Of a DNA stretch of 64,000 nt, positions 1 through 10,380 are shown piece by piece (the first letter of the stretch is position 1; every line of letters begins with the position of its first letter). The notes beneath the pieces are model-generated. The model was not told where the DNA came from. It was given only the letters and a program-made list of their open reading frames with translations, and ran no database searches. The DNA is from Candidatus Poribacteria bacterium. GTDB taxonomy: Bacteria; Poribacteria; WGA-4E; WGA-3G. The stretch is from the NCBI GenBank assembly GCA_965205015.1, contig OZ242029.1, forward strand, positions 320,001 to 384,000. Reading direction: 5' to 3'. The position numbers and the translations under genes were made by a program.

Positions 1-2
1 GA

Positions 3-1388
3 AGGAACACCGAAAATTTCAGTGCCTACGAAAACCATTTGGAAAGCTTAGACGAAGCTGAACTTCTCGCTATCTGTGATATTCACCCAGCACGTATCGA
101 TGAGATCGTCGAATATCTTTCTAAACCGAGCCGCCTGCTCAGTTTTTACTGTCAAGGCACCAATCAAAGCACGAGCGGTGTTGACAAAAATGTCGCCCTC
201 ATCAACCTTCATCTCCAATTAGGTGAAGTCGGCATAAGGGGTGCCGGTCCGTTCTCACTCACAGGGCAACCCAACGCGATGGGCGGTAGAGAGGTCGGCT
301 ATCTATCACACCAGTTGCCCGGCTACCGCGTCGTCACGAACGATATGCACCGTGCGTATTTAGAGGGGTCATGGCGCGTTCCACCCGGCAGCATCGATCC
401 GAACCCCGGTCTAACAGCAGTGCCGATGTTTGAGGCGGCGGCTGCGGGTAAAGTTCGCGCACTCTGGATCGCTTGTACGAACCCAGCCGTCAGCATGCCC
501 GATACAAAGGTGTCGCAAGCAGGGCTCCGGCGTGCCGATTTGGTCATTGTGCAGGATTGTTATTACCCGACAGAGACATCGGAATACGCCGATGTCATAC
601 TCCCTGCCGCACAGTGGGGTGAAAAGCAAGGCACCATGACGAATAGCGAGCGGCTTGTCGTCCGAAGTGAGCAGTTCCTCACACCGCCCGGTGAAGCGAA
701 ACCGGATTGGTGGATATTCACGCAGGTCGCAAGAGCAATGGGGTTCAAGCGGAATTTCGACTTCTATACACCTGAAGAGGTATGGGATGAATATCGGCTC
801 CTGACAGCAGGGACACCGTGCGATCAGATGGGAATGACGAACGAACGACTTGCGAAGACTTCACTCCGCTGGCCCTGTCCTTACCCACGGCACCCTGGGA
901 CACCGCGTCGATACACGCGTAGAAAGTTTTTCACCGAATCCGAGAAGGCACAATTTCACACGCCTGTCCATCAGCCGCCCGACGAAAACACCGATGCGGA
1001 GTTCCCGCTCGGTTTAACGACAGGACGTATTGAGAGCCAGTGGCATACCCGGACCCGGACAGGCAAGGTGCCGCAGCTCGTGCGCAAAGACCCGGAGCCT
1101 TTTGTGGAAATCCATCCAGATGATGCCATAGAGAACGACGTGCAGGACGGTGAATGGGTGTATCTCGTTGGGCGACGCGGAAGGTGTTATGCGAAGGCAT
1201 GTGTCACAGAGACAATTCGGCGGGGCTTACTCTTTACGCCGTTCCATTGGGGCGACCTCTTCCACGCCGAGACCAACGCGAATTATGTGACGAACCCAGC
1301 ATTTGATCCCGTATCCAAACAACCGGAATTAAAATTCTGCGCCGTGCGGATTGAGACTGATGATTCGGACGGACGAACTACTGTTTAA
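3..1388 (+). CDS. nasA: Molybdopterin assimilatory nitrate reductase catalytic subunit, 5'-partial (begins before window)
   Basis: Frame open from base 3; motifs LTGQPNAMGGREVG, EKQGTMTNSER, LTTGR..QWHTRTRT and DPVSKQPELKFCAV are typical of NasA/NarB/NapA. Confidence 0.85.
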   Translation, partial: RNTENFSAYENHLESLDEAELLAICDIHPARIDEIVEYLSKPSRLLSFYCQGTNQSTSGVDKNVALINLHLQLGEVGIRGAGPFSLTGQPNAMGGREVGYLSHQLPGYRVVTNDMHRAYLEGSWRVPPGSIDPNPGLTAVPMFEAAAAGKVRALWIACTNPAVSMPDTKVSQAGLRRADLVIVQDCYYPTETSEYADVILPAAQWGEKQGTMTNSERLVVRSEQFLTPPGEAKPDWWIFTQVARAMGFKRNFDFYTPEEVWDEYRLLTAGTPCDQMGMTNERLAKTSLRWPCPYPRHPGTPRRYTRRKFFTESEKAQFHTPVHQPPDENTDAEFPLGLTTGRIESQWHTRTRTGKVPQLVRKDPEPFVEIHPDDAIENDVQDGEWVYLVGRRGRCYAKACVTETIRRGLLFTPFHWGDLFHAETNANYVTNPAFDPVSKQPELKFCAVRIETDDSDGRTTV

Positions 1389-1395
1389 GGGGTCC

Positions 1396-2994
1396 CTATT
1401 CAAGATTTTCCTGTGAAGGGCGTTCTTGCACCACAGGTATCACGTAACTCCGAATCGTCAATCCATTTATCATCTCTGCCTCTGTTCGCGGTTCCGGGGT
1501 CTCACGATGATCAAACACCACGTAGTAACCCTCGGTTACGCCCGCTGTTGCCAAATACGTCGCGAGTTGTCGCTTACCTTCGGCATAGTGCCGCTCGCTT
1601 CGCCATACTTTTGTTTCAACGATATATTTTTTTTCGTTGTGAAGAATGAGCAGATCCATCCTACCCCGACCTGTCGGAACTTCCATATACATCGCCCCAT
1701 TCACGCTGGTAACGAACTGATCAAGATAGGCAAACAGAAGGTGCTGTCCGATGAATTCTTGGGGCGTTTCAGGGACTTGCAGGATCCTGAACCCCGCGCG
1801 AGTAATAAAGTCTCGGAAGTTGTCCAAGAACCGCTCCATCTGAATCTGTCCAGTGGACGTGAGATACTGAAATCCATCGGTATCTTCAGGAAAATAGTCA
1901 CGCTCCAACCCGTTGACTATCGGCTTGAAGGTCTGTAGAGTGCAATATAGGTAAATCGGATTGGCAATCTTACACATCCTGTCAGCACCCCTCGCGAGTA
2001 TTCCGTACGTGGCGAGTTCATTAATAAGTTCATTACGGAGATTGAAGTGGACCCCTTCATCGTGCAACATGATTCGCATCAAAAGGCTTTCAGCGCGAGG
2101 GTTTCGGCGGATATTGGTTACCAAATGTGTTAGGTTGGTGTTATTTTCGTCCAAGAGTTGTATAAGTGCGTCCGAGAAATAGCGCATCGTCAGTGTTTCA
2201 GTTTTCGGAATGTCCATTTCTTCAGTAAGTATCTGTGCGAATCGGTTAACAAGGAAGGGTTGTCCACCTGTCTGTTTGTGAATGGATTCAATCACTTCTG
2301 AGGCGAAGGCTTGGCCGACCTCGGCTGTGTATTGCTCAAGTAATTCTCGGACCTGTTCAAACGTGAAATTGTTCAAAGCAAAATCGTCTTGGATATTAAA
2401 CGGAGAGACGGAATGGTCGTAGTTGAGTTGCGCGATGCTCTTGATCCCCACAATACCGAAGCTATGTGGACATCGAGGAGCGGTCCTGGATGTGTAGATG
2501 CGGCGGAGTGCGTACAGAAAATCGCTCACGACTGCCAGAGGAATACCATCAAACTCATCAATAAACATGACAACCCGCTGATTTTCTAACAGTCTCGCCA
2601 ATGTCCTGAAACCCCTGAGCATTGACATATTATCAGTCAGTGTTGTGTTCTCTAAAAAATCTCTTAGTGCCTCGGAGGGCACTTCTCCACGTTTGCGGTA
2701 AATATTCTCGATTTCCTCGCGAATATCTTCGGTGAGATTGCTGTAAAAATCGGAAGGGGTGAGGTTTTTATACGCCTCAAAATCTAAGTGGATAGGGATG
2801 TAGGTCGGTTCCTCGGCAGCAAGGATGTCCATAGCGGCGTAGAAGAAGGTCGTCTTGCCTGTCTGCCGCGGTGCGAAGATGACGATATAGCGTCCCTCTT
2901 TAACACGTTTGATGAACTCTGAGAGTTCCTCAGAACGGGAGACAACATAGTGCTGCTCAGGATTCACGGGTCCCTGTGTGCCAAACCTTTTCAT
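1396..2994 (-). CDS. AAA-like ATPase with C-terminal PD-(D/E)XK nuclease-like domain
   Basis: Walker A APRQTGKTT, Walker B MFIDEFD; C-terminal EVPTGRGRMDLLI...IVETK...QLATY. Confidence 0.8.
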   Translation of the reverse strand: MKRFGTQGPVNPEQHYVVSRSEELSEFIKRVKEGRYIVIFAPRQTGKTTFFYAAMDILAAEEPTYIPIHLDFEAYKNLTPSDFYSNLTEDIREEIENIYRKRGEVPSEALRDFLENTTLTDNMSMLRGFRTLARLLENQRVVMFIDEFDGIPLAVVSDFLYALRRIYTSRTAPRCPHSFGIVGIKSIAQLNYDHSVSPFNIQDDFALNNFTFEQVRELLEQYTAEVGQAFASEVIESIHKQTGGQPFLVNRFAQILTEEMDIPKTETLTMRYFSDALIQLLDENNTNLTHLVTNIRRNPRAESLLMRIMLHDEGVHFNLRNELINELATYGILARGADRMCKIANPIYLYCTLQTFKPIVNGLERDYFPEDTDGFQYLTSTGQIQMERFLDNFRDFITRAGFRILQVPETPQEFIGQHLLFAYLDQFVTSVNGAMYMEVPTGRGRMDLLILHNEKKYIVETKVWRSERHYAEGKRQLATYLATAGVTEGYYVVFDHRETPEPRTEAEMINGLTIRSYVIPVVQERPSQENLE

Positions 2995-3041
2995 TACAAT
3001 TTCCCGACTCGGTTAACATCATAATCGTTGTGATTGTTTTA

Positions 3042-3542
3042 TCATCTGCCAAATCTTGTAAGAATAGAGAGTACCAGGGACACAACCGCAATACCACAAG
3101 AAACAATAATACCACCGACCTTCCACCATTCATTTGTGTCAGTCTTTTGCTCGCGCATATTGGCAATGAAGGCATCAAACTTCGTCTCTAATCTTCCTAA
3201 CTGGCCTTTTAACTCGGAATCCAACAGATGTAGGTCGCCTTCAAGTTTTGTTTGGTGAACCTTCTGCTCAGCACTGTCTTTTCGGATATCCTTTACCTCG
3301 GTATCTATGCTTGTTATCCGAGTTTCTAATACCTCATGGCGTTCTTTCTGGCGCGCCTCTGATTCTATCATCCGGGTCTCTAATACCTCATGGCGTTCTT
3401 TCTGGCGCGCCTCTGATTCTATCATCCGGGTCTCTAATGCCTCATGACGTTCTTTCTGGCGCGCCTCTATTTCAGCATCGCGCGCGCTCTGATGCTCCGT
3501 CATATTTTCAAGTTTTTGAAGGATTGTTTCATTTAAATTCAT
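3042..3542 (-). CDS. Coiled-coil protein with 18-aa tandem repeats and C-terminal membrane anchor
   Basis: ATG at 3542; EARQKERHEVLETRMIES about x3; hydrophobic tail GGIIVSCGIAVVSLVLSIL. Confidence 0.7.
   Translation of the reverse strand: MNLNETILQKLENMTEHQSARDAEIEARQKERHEALETRMIESEARQKERHEVLETRMIESEARQKERHEVLETRITSIDTEVKDIRKDSAEQKVHQTKLEGDLHLLDSELKGQLGRLETKFDAFIANMREQKTDTNEWWKVGGIIVSCGIAVVSLVLSILTRFGR
3316..3468. repeat. 54-bp in-frame tandem repeat, about 2.8 copies
   Basis: Unit aatacctcatggcgttctttctggcgcgcctctgattctatcatccgggtctct starts at 3328 and 3382, with a variant partial copy at 3436. Confidence 0.9.
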
Positions 3543-3590
3543 GTTTACACCACTTGGAATAAAATTTTCTCGCCTCAAATATTATTAATC

Positions 3591-3762
3591 CAAGTTGCTA
3601 CGGACAAGATTTTAGGGATGCAGCTCCCGTTTTTCATAAAAGATCGTTCATTATCCATAGCGGTCTTGTAGCATAAACTTGCGAATGCGCGTGTGGCATT
3701 CGCAAAGACTTTGCGCACGCGTAGCACAATCTAAAAGATTATGCTACGAAGATGGCGACTTG
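3591..3762. mobile_element. MITE-like element with CAAGTTGCTA / TGGCGACTTG ends enclosing GTAGC palindromes
   Basis: Both ends match the element at 54405-54501 in inverted orientation (ccctaaaatcttgtccgtagcaacttg shared); internal gtagcacaatct-aaa-agattatgctac hairpin. Confidence 0.65.
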
Positions 3763-3821
3763 CCTTATTGTAAAACCCAAAAACATGTGAACACAATAGG
3801 AACCGACACTTCGCCACCGCT

Positions 3822-3863
3822 GGCGAGGTGTTTTTGATAGGGTGTTTCCCTCCTAACCTCGCC
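3822..3863. repeat. REP-like palindrome (GGCGAGGT...ACCTCGCC family)
   Basis: ggcgaggt gtttttgatagggtgtttccctccta acctcgcc; related copies near 25847, 31415 and 37632. Confidence 0.65.
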
Positions 3864-4232
3864 AACTCCTGGGTGCTCATTTAACTGTAAGCTTTACTAT
3901 AAAATAACGCAACAAGTAGATTTGGGATGCAGAAAAAACGGTTGTGTTTGTTGCGTTGAATGTTTGTGTGATGCACAAGACAAAGGGACGAATGTGAAAA
4001 ATCACCGCCCCTTTGTCTTGTATCGTTATTTGTCGTTAGATGCAGGTTTGGGTTCGGGTTCAGTTGCGGATTCAACAGGATTTACGACAGACAGCATTTT
4101 GTTAAGGTCGCCGCCATTTAACGCCCATTCAATCCATTCAGCATCTCTTTCAGCTTTACCTTCTTTCCTGTCTTCATCTTTCAATTCTTCGACCCTAAAT
4201 CTTGATCTCATGGATTCGTATACCTCTTTATA

Positions 4233-4754
4233 TCATTTAAATGGTTTGAGAAATGCACTAAGTCCACCTGCTATTGCCTTTAGGCTATCTTTTATTTCCT
4301 TTTTATCACTTGTAACCATCATTCGTGAGTATCTATCTATATTAAACGATCTTTTATATTTTTTACCATCAATACTTTTGTATTTTATGTCTACTTTGAT
4401 AACTTCTTCTCCGTTACGGATGCGAAATAAAAGCTTGTCGCCCAATGTTAAAATATCAAGATTTTTGCTAAACTTTCTATCTGAACGCTTATCGTTTTTA
4501 TAATATATCTTTTCTTTAATTTCTTTTGCTGGTTGAGTTCCAACATTTTCAATGCAGATATAATATGGTCTTGGGTAAGGTTTTTCTGCCCCTACCTTGT
4601 AAGGCAATTCACCATCTGCCCATTCTATATATGCTATAATCTGCGGCTCTCTATCATGTTTAAGTATTTTATTAGTCATCCAAAGATATACGATGTTTAA
4701 TATAATACTTGCAGGCAAACAAATTGCAATAATATATTCTTTTACTGATTCCAT
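4233..4754 (-). CDS. Hypothetical AT-rich protein with N-terminal TM helix
   Basis: 173-aa ORF, hydrophobic N-terminus, low GC; starts 19 bp from the IS3 end. Confidence 0.6.
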   Translation of the reverse strand: MESVKEYIIAICLPASIILNIVYLWMTNKILKHDREPQIIAYIEWADGELPYKVGAEKPYPRPYYICIENVGTQPAKEIKEKIYYKNDKRSDRKFSKNLDILTLGDKLLFRIRNGEEVIKVDIKYKSIDGKKYKRSFNIDRYSRMMVTSDKKEIKDSLKAIAGGLSAFLKPFK

Positions 4755-4811
4755 TTTTTAACCATCATTGTTTGAAGTGCCACCGTTTATTCAGACCACT
4801 TTTTCGCAAAT

Positions 4812-5627
4812 TTAATCCAAGTTTTGTTGCTCGAATTCCATAGGTGTCAAATACCCTAACGCCGAATGTGGGCGTTTCTGGTGATAGACGTGTTCGATAA
4901 AATGCCCGATGCGATCTCTCGCCTCGGTAATGCTTTGATACTCATTGAGGTGAACTTCTTCCTCTTTGAGGGTGCGAATGAGTCTTTCAGCATATCCGTT
5001 CTCCCAAGGCCGTCCTCGTTGAGCGACGGAAATCTCAACGCCATATTCTTGGAGTGTTGTGATATAAGTCTTTGAAAGATACTGCACGCCTTGATCAGAA
5101 TGATGAATCTCAGGGACGCTATGGCGTAATGCCTCTTCGAGCGGTTTGAGCGTCAGAGATTGACTCAAGTGTTGACTGAGCTGCCATGCTCTGGTCATCC
5201 GTGTGAAAACATCCATGAGCAGACAGACATAGATAAAACGCCCGTTGAGACGCACATAGGTAATATCTGCCACCCAGACTTGATCCTGATGAGAGACCTC
5301 AAGGGTTTCAAGCAGGTTGCTCCAAGGTTTCTCTCCCTGAAGCGATCTTGTTGTTTGACACGCACGCTTGATGGCGACCAACAGATTCATTTCTTTCATC
5401 AACCGAGCGACGCGGCGGGTGCCAACAGTGTATCCCTGACGCACGAGGAGCTGTGTGATACGCCTATAGCCGTATCTCGGATACCGTCCCGCAAGCTTCT
5501 CTATTTCAGCGCGTAGGACCGCTTCAGACGGATCCGCTCTCGGTTGATAATAGAAACTGCTGCGGTTAAAACCTAACGTTTCACAAATCTCTCACATGGC
5601 ATAATCGGTCCGGAGTGCCTCAACCAT
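4812..5627 (-). pseudogene. IS3 OrfB DDE transposase with premature stop
   Basis: WVADITY, HHSDQG and ENGYAERLIRTLKEE motifs; MVEALRTDYAM*EICETLG has an in-frame TGA at 5592-5594. Confidence 0.8.
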
Positions 5628-5641
5628 TTCTCGTTGCTCCA

Positions 5642-5932
5642 TCAGTTTTGGTCTAACCAAGTCGCTGCTTTTTTTTCGATGTCTAACGCCCCCGTCAATT
5701 TCCCAACGAGACGCTCAAGGTGGGCAATACGCTTCTCCGCTTCACTCGATGCCTTATCAGTAGAGTCAAACAGCGTGGGAGCTTTTTCAAGCAACTGTCG
5801 CTTCCACTGTGAGAGTTGATTTTCGTTGAGATTATGGCGTCGACACACTTCTGCTTGGGAACTTTCACCGCTAAGGACTTCGAAAACAAGTTCGGCCTTA
5901 AACTCAGGGGTGAATCCTCTTCGTTTCGCCAT
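5642..5932 (-). CDS. IS3 OrfA (HTH), with -1 frameshift site
   Basis: RRGFTPEFKAELV...CRRHNL...QWKRQ; A8G run near 5668-5676 joins the OrfB frame by a -1 shift. Confidence 0.88.
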   Translation of the reverse strand: MAKRRGFTPEFKAELVFEVLSGESSQAEVCRRHNLNENQLSQWKRQLLEKAPTLFDSTDKASSEAEKRIAHLERLVGKLTGALDIEKKAATWLDQN

Positions 5933-5979
5933 CGGAGACTCCTTTCAATGAGATTGTATTATATCACAATCTTCCTTTA

Positions 5980-7388
5980 CTAAAGTTTGGACAATATTGT
6001 AAGATTCAAGCTGCTTTGTCGAAAGGCAGCGTGGTATCGTGTTCAGATATAGGCTGAATATTCTGCGAGTTGGTCTTTTCTTGAGAACTCGCAGAATATT
6101 CCAACGCTCTGAACTGCGATTGTAAATAAGCGACCCGTAATCCTTGCGTCAGGTGCTTCGGATGATACCAATGAATACCGAGATGCTCGCAGACCTCTTT
6201 GACGCTGAGGCGATCCGTGCCGGGCGAAGACGGAAACTTCAAGAAGATCAACTTCGCCAGCGAAGCTGCCACGAAACTCAGTTGCACGAAGCGATTGATG
6301 CTTTTGCGGGACTTGACCTGATACGCATCGAAACCAAAATGCTGCTTCGCATCTCGAAAAGCGGTTTCGATGTGCCATCTTTGACGATAGTATTCAACGA
6401 TCTTGGGTATCTCAAGCGTCACGTCTGTTGTAAAGACACAGAAATACCGATACGGTTTCGAGCGTTTCGGGCGCCTGCGTATCACGACGAGTCGGACCTC
6501 TGTCGGACACATTTTCGTCCGCACGACCGCTGAGGCGACCTGATAGGTTTTCTCCATGACGGAAATGTCTTTATACCGTAAGCGGTGGATCTGTAGACGG
6601 TCTCCATATTTCTTCGGACGCCCCCGCTGGGGCTGTTTCGGACGTTGCGGTAAACGATAGAACACCGCAGTTGACCTCGCACGACACAAGATATGATGCC
6701 CGAGTCCTAAGAGCATTTCAAAGACCTTGCGACGGGCGAAACCACCATCAAAGATAATAAGACCCCGGGGGATCTTTGAACAGATACGCTTCAACACCGC
6801 ATCGCCTTTATCTCGAACCGTCTGAGGAAACCCGATGAGTTTCACCCAGACCGGAAACAGCAACCACTCGGTCGCTGTCTCGCAGAGTAAACCCAGGGCC
6901 CCAAACTCGTGTCCGAAATGAAACTTCGATTGATTCACGCGACGACTTTGATAACTGAAGTTGCGAAAAAAATGCAAACCCCATTGGGTTTTACCCGTCT
7001 TCGGCGCATGGGTTGTATCATAGACGTAAACCCACTGCTCAAAGAGACCTTGAATCCGTCTGATGAGAACGACAGCGACAGCATCGGCGTTCCATTTCCC
7101 CCGGGAAAGAAACTTCGGAAACGACCAATACCGCGTCTGGGATCCACTTGACTGATACAGGTCTGTCAGGCTGCCTCGAGACGGCTGAGCCATAAACCCA
7201 AAGAGAAACGCTTGGAAGAGTACGAAGTTTTGGGAGTTGAACAAATGTCGAAAATCCGATACAATACTTTCTAAGTGGAGAAGCAGGGGCATTTTTGCCT
7301 TCCTTTCAAAACATGGGTGTGTTTATGAAAGGATACCTGCTTTTCTGCTTTCAAACATCTTAATTTTTTAAAATTGTCCAAACTTTAG
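5980..7388 (-). mobile_element. IS4-superfamily (IS701-like) element nested in the IS3 left-end region
   Basis: 16-bp perfect IR CTAAAGTTTGGACAAT; 8-bp TSD TTCCTTTA at 5972-5979 and 7389-7396. Confidence 0.9.
6006..7292 (-). CDS. DDE transposase (IS4/IS701-like)
   Basis: YVYDTT, IIFDGGF and YRQRWHIETAFRDAK (Y-R-E-K signature). Confidence 0.88.
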   Translation of the reverse strand: MPLLLHLESIVSDFRHLFNSQNFVLFQAFLFGFMAQPSRGSLTDLYQSSGSQTRYWSFPKFLSRGKWNADAVAVVLIRRIQGLFEQWVYVYDTTHAPKTGKTQWGLHFFRNFSYQSRRVNQSKFHFGHEFGALGLLCETATEWLLFPVWVKLIGFPQTVRDKGDAVLKRICSKIPRGLIIFDGGFARRKVFEMLLGLGHHILCRARSTAVFYRLPQRPKQPQRGRPKKYGDRLQIHRLRYKDISVMEKTYQVASAVVRTKMCPTEVRLVVIRRRPKRSKPYRYFCVFTTDVTLEIPKIVEYYRQRWHIETAFRDAKQHFGFDAYQVKSRKSINRFVQLSFVAASLAKLIFLKFPSSPGTDRLSVKEVCEHLGIHWYHPKHLTQGLRVAYLQSQFRALEYSASSQEKTNSQNIQPISEHDTTLPFDKAA

Positions 7389-7428
7389 TTCCTTTAGGGA
7401 GTGGTCCAAAAAACCGTAGGCAGTACAG

Positions 7429-7563
7429 ATAGTCGCTGGTCCGCGCTCATACTTCGGTTCTCTGCTGGAAGGTGCAGCAGAGACTATTTATGTGATGTTC
7501 TATGATGGCAGTGTTTATCGCTATGAAGCCAATAGGATAGGAGACGGAGCATTAGAGGTATGA
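7429..7563 (+). pseudogene. 3' gene fragment cut by the IS3 end
   Basis: Open frame IVAGPRSYFGSLLEGAAETIYVMFYDGSVYRYEANRIGDGALEV* begins right at the IS boundary; no matching 5' part on the other flank. Confidence 0.4.
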
Positions 7564-7624
7564 TCCGTCTCGGTGAAGCTAATGTCGGTTTGGTAAGATT
7601 CATTCATAACAACGCCAAGTATGA

Positions 7625-8938
7625 TTATTCTTGACCAACTACAATCACATCCCATTCAGGATCAACAACTGCTTTCTTGCAACCATGCTCGCTTGTATAG
7701 ATGTTATCTATCCTCAATCTCAACGCTGTTTTCAATTCCCGCCCTCCAGACCTGGTGCTGTATGTGAAAGCGGTTGCTCCAGGTGTTAGATATTCAGATA
7801 ATCCTCCTTGCAAATCAGCACCAATAAGCAGTTGCAAAAACTCATCTCTTGCTTGTTGATTTGTGAAATTAGCGGTATACTCTCTTGCCCAAGACGCATA
7901 ACCTGATGTGCAATAGTATTTGAAATACTCATTTAGCCATAACTGCGTAGCTTCGTGATTCCAGGCATCGATCCCAGATTCTATACGCCAAATCCCGAAA
8001 TGCCCATGCTTTCTCATAGCATCAGATTCCATAAAATCTTCTTGTCCGCCATTCACATCTATAAGCTCTTGCCAGCGTGTATCTGGATCGTGGATTATAG
8101 GTGTCGGTTTTATAGCCTCTTTATTATACTCAATCAGAGCGGTTTCATCATCTCTATACCTTTGACTATCTTTGAACTTGCGACATTCTTCAGAGTCCTT
8201 ATCGGCAAGCGGATGATATGCGACTACCAACATAAGAATGTTAGCGATATTCTCATCTTCATAAGGTGCAGGTTTGTCTTCGAAATCAACCAGCTCTCCG
8301 CCACGCTTCATAAGAAGGTCTTTACCGTCAATTTGCACCCACATCATTGGTGTAGGTATTGTAACCTCACCTGTGTATGGGTTTTCAAACGGCTCATACG
8401 TGTAAGATGGGTATTTGCTATCGTCACGATAATCTGTAGGCACAGCATCAGTAAAGTTTCTTTCCAGTATCTTCCATCTCATATTACGATAATTTAGGTG
8501 ACTTCCAACTGCAGACGATCTGCCAACATGCTTAAAAGAATCTACCCATTGGCTATCTTCCATATCATCGAAATACTTTATCATCTTATATCTTTCATAG
8601 GGATCAGAGAACACGATGATATGCTCAAGATAGTTGAATGGATTACCATCTCTGCCTAATGGATTATATTTTTCATGTGAGGCTGCGTGCCACAAATCAA
8701 ACCTGCAATAATTTTCAAAGAACTGTGGCACAGTTTCATTCATAAATTGAGTTGTATCGTGCATCAACGCCTGTTCAAAAGTATCAAAAACTGGCAATTC
8801 CTTGCCATCTACAACGACAAAACTGGATGTCGGTTCTGTAAGTTCAGATACCAGAACAGGTTTTATCATCTGTCCTGTCTCATCACAACCTGCAAAAGCC
8901 AGTAGTAAAACAAGTAAAGTGAAAGTTCTCATAAACAT
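7625..8938 (-). CDS. Hypothetical lipoprotein
   Basis: Signal peptide with lipobox LAFAG-C; 437 aa. Confidence 0.7.
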   Translation of the reverse strand: MFMRTFTLLVLLLAFAGCDETGQMIKPVLVSELTEPTSSFVVVDGKELPVFDTFEQALMHDTTQFMNETVPQFFENYCRFDLWHAASHEKYNPLGRDGNPFNYLEHIIVFSDPYERYKMIKYFDDMEDSQWVDSFKHVGRSSAVGSHLNYRNMRWKILERNFTDAVPTDYRDDSKYPSYTYEPFENPYTGEVTIPTPMMWVQIDGKDLLMKRGGELVDFEDKPAPYEDENIANILMLVVAYHPLADKDSEECRKFKDSQRYRDDETALIEYNKEAIKPTPIIHDPDTRWQELIDVNGGQEDFMESDAMRKHGHFGIWRIESGIDAWNHEATQLWLNEYFKYYCTSGYASWAREYTANFTNQQARDEFLQLLIGADLQGGLSEYLTPGATAFTYSTRSGGRELKTALRLRIDNIYTSEHGCKKAVVDPEWDVIVVGQE

Positions 8939-8962
8939 TAGATGTTCCCTTTTAGACTATAG

Positions 8963-9475
8963 TTAGTCCGCAGTAACTGTGATTTTTTCCTCTTTGTCGC
9001 CTGATTTGACATTCAGCTGCGCAGCTCCAGCATTCCAAGCGTTGATACTAATTGATCCTGCTCTTGGATTTTTGGCTTGGGAGTTGCTATCCACATGTAT
9101 TCCAGCTGATCCTTTTCGTGTAGATAGCATAATTTGACTTAGCACATCCCTGCCCAAAGCATCTTTGCCTCCGAAACCGCTAATCATGCTAATAGCTGCT
9201 TCGTCTGGACCTAATCCCACAGTTCCCAATTCCTCTGCTCCTTCAACTATGGATTTTTCACCACCAGCCTCTATCACAATCATAGCATTTGGAACTCTAC
9301 CGATCCAGATGATGTTTTCAACTCTCAATTCCTTACATTCAATAGTTTTGACATTCAACTCTGAAGGCGAATCTGAAGACGGAGTATCCTGTTTGTTGTT
9401 CTGTTGACTACCAGCGAGGAAAGCCAACACTGATAACACAGCACCAATAACAAAGAATACGATTTTATCTCTCAT
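8963..9475 (-). CDS. Hypothetical secreted or membrane-anchored beta-rich protein
   Basis: MRDKIVFFVIGAVLSVLAFLAG N-terminus; 170 aa. Confidence 0.65.
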   Translation of the reverse strand: MRDKIVFFVIGAVLSVLAFLAGSQQNNKQDTPSSDSPSELNVKTIECKELRVENIIWIGRVPNAMIVIEAGGEKSIVEGAEELGTVGLGPDEAAISMISGFGGKDALGRDVLSQIMLSTRKGSAGIHVDSNSQAKNPRAGSISINAWNAGAAQLNVKSGDKEEKITVTAD

Positions 9476-9630
9476 TATACACCTTTCTGTAATATTCCGC
9501 CCCTAGGCGTTCTTGGCAGCCGCCCGCTCTTATTGATAGCCTTCTTTTTCAATAACAACTTGCGATTTCTTTTTGATTGTAACTTCATATGTTCTTTAGC
9601 AGATCGGGAGTCGGTTTCATGCAAACGCAT
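9475..9630 (-). CDS. Small basic protein (51 aa), absent from the ORF track
   Basis: AAGGAGG RBS; MRLHETDSRSAKEHMKLQSKRNRKLLLKKKAINKSGRLPRTPRGGILQKGV; stop overlaps the next ATG (TAATG). Confidence 0.5.
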   Translation of the reverse strand: MRLHETDSRSAKEHMKLQSKRNRKLLLKKKAINKSGRLPRTPRGGILQKGV

Positions 9631-9714
9631 GATGACCTCCTTTGTGGTAGGAGGCGAAGAAGGCTCCCGATGCGTTAGCTAAACGCACACTTTCGCCATA
9701 AGCTCATAACCTTC

Positions 9715-10245
9715 TTATTCTACAACTCTAAAATGCCGGATTTCTTTTTTGTTGCCCCCAGATGAGGCTTGTTTGGTTTCCACTTCTACCCTGCCCATAC
9801 TCACCAGAGGGGTCAAAGCTTCCATGCATGCTTTTGACGATACGCCCATACCCCTGTAGATACTTCTAGCTTCCTGCGAACCTCTACCAGCAAGCCACTT
9901 GATTAGTTTCTTCTCATTCATATCAAACTTATCTTCGGAGAAGTTACTAAGTATGTGAGTTTGGCATTGTAGTACATAATCCGCCCACTCTATAGCAAAG
10001 CCAAGATGCTTGAGCGTTACCACTGGATTTGAAGTCTCTGGATCAAGTGATGCAAAAAGCATGGCAGACTTTCTGATGTGCTGATTCCGACCTTTCAGTA
10101 TCGCTTTTATATCATCTTTTTCTTCTGCACGCAAACTTGACCGATGCTGTTTATAGACCTTGGTAAGATTTGCTTTTGCCTCATCAGAGAACTTAAATAG
10201 CGTTTCCTCTGCGTATTGTTCCCGAATGTTGTCAAAATGCCTCAT
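9715..10245 (-). pseudogene. C-terminal fragment resembling DUF3987/YfjI-type MGE replication-associated proteins (helical + winged-HTH)
   Basis: HIRKSAMLFA...FAIEWADY...ALTPLVSMGRV...GGNKKEIRHFRV; frame continues a short way upstream with no start signal. Confidence 0.4.
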
Positions 10246-10380
10246 GACTTTGCCAACATGATTTTCTATGGGCAGTTCTGGGAATTTGATGTCTTTGGAA
10301 AGCGAAAAAACACACCAGAGGTTGATTTTGATTTGGCATGATTACTCCTACATCCAAGTCTAACTGAGGCCGCGCTGTCT

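Larger units (their letters stand above)
4773..7427 (-). mobile_element. IS3-family insertion sequence (carries a nested IS)
   Basis: 28-bp imperfect TG..CA IRs: TGAAGTGCCACCGTTTATTCAGACCACT at 4773 vs revcomp of 7400-7427 TGTACTGCCTACGGTTTTTTGGACCACT; orfA/orfB layout; no TSD visible. Confidence 0.88.

Noticed and set aside
5592-5594. Selenocysteine or programmed read-through at the TGA in IS3 orfB
   Set aside because: Not a catalytic Cys position and no SECIS-like context; a point mutation (probably CGA to TGA) is simpler.
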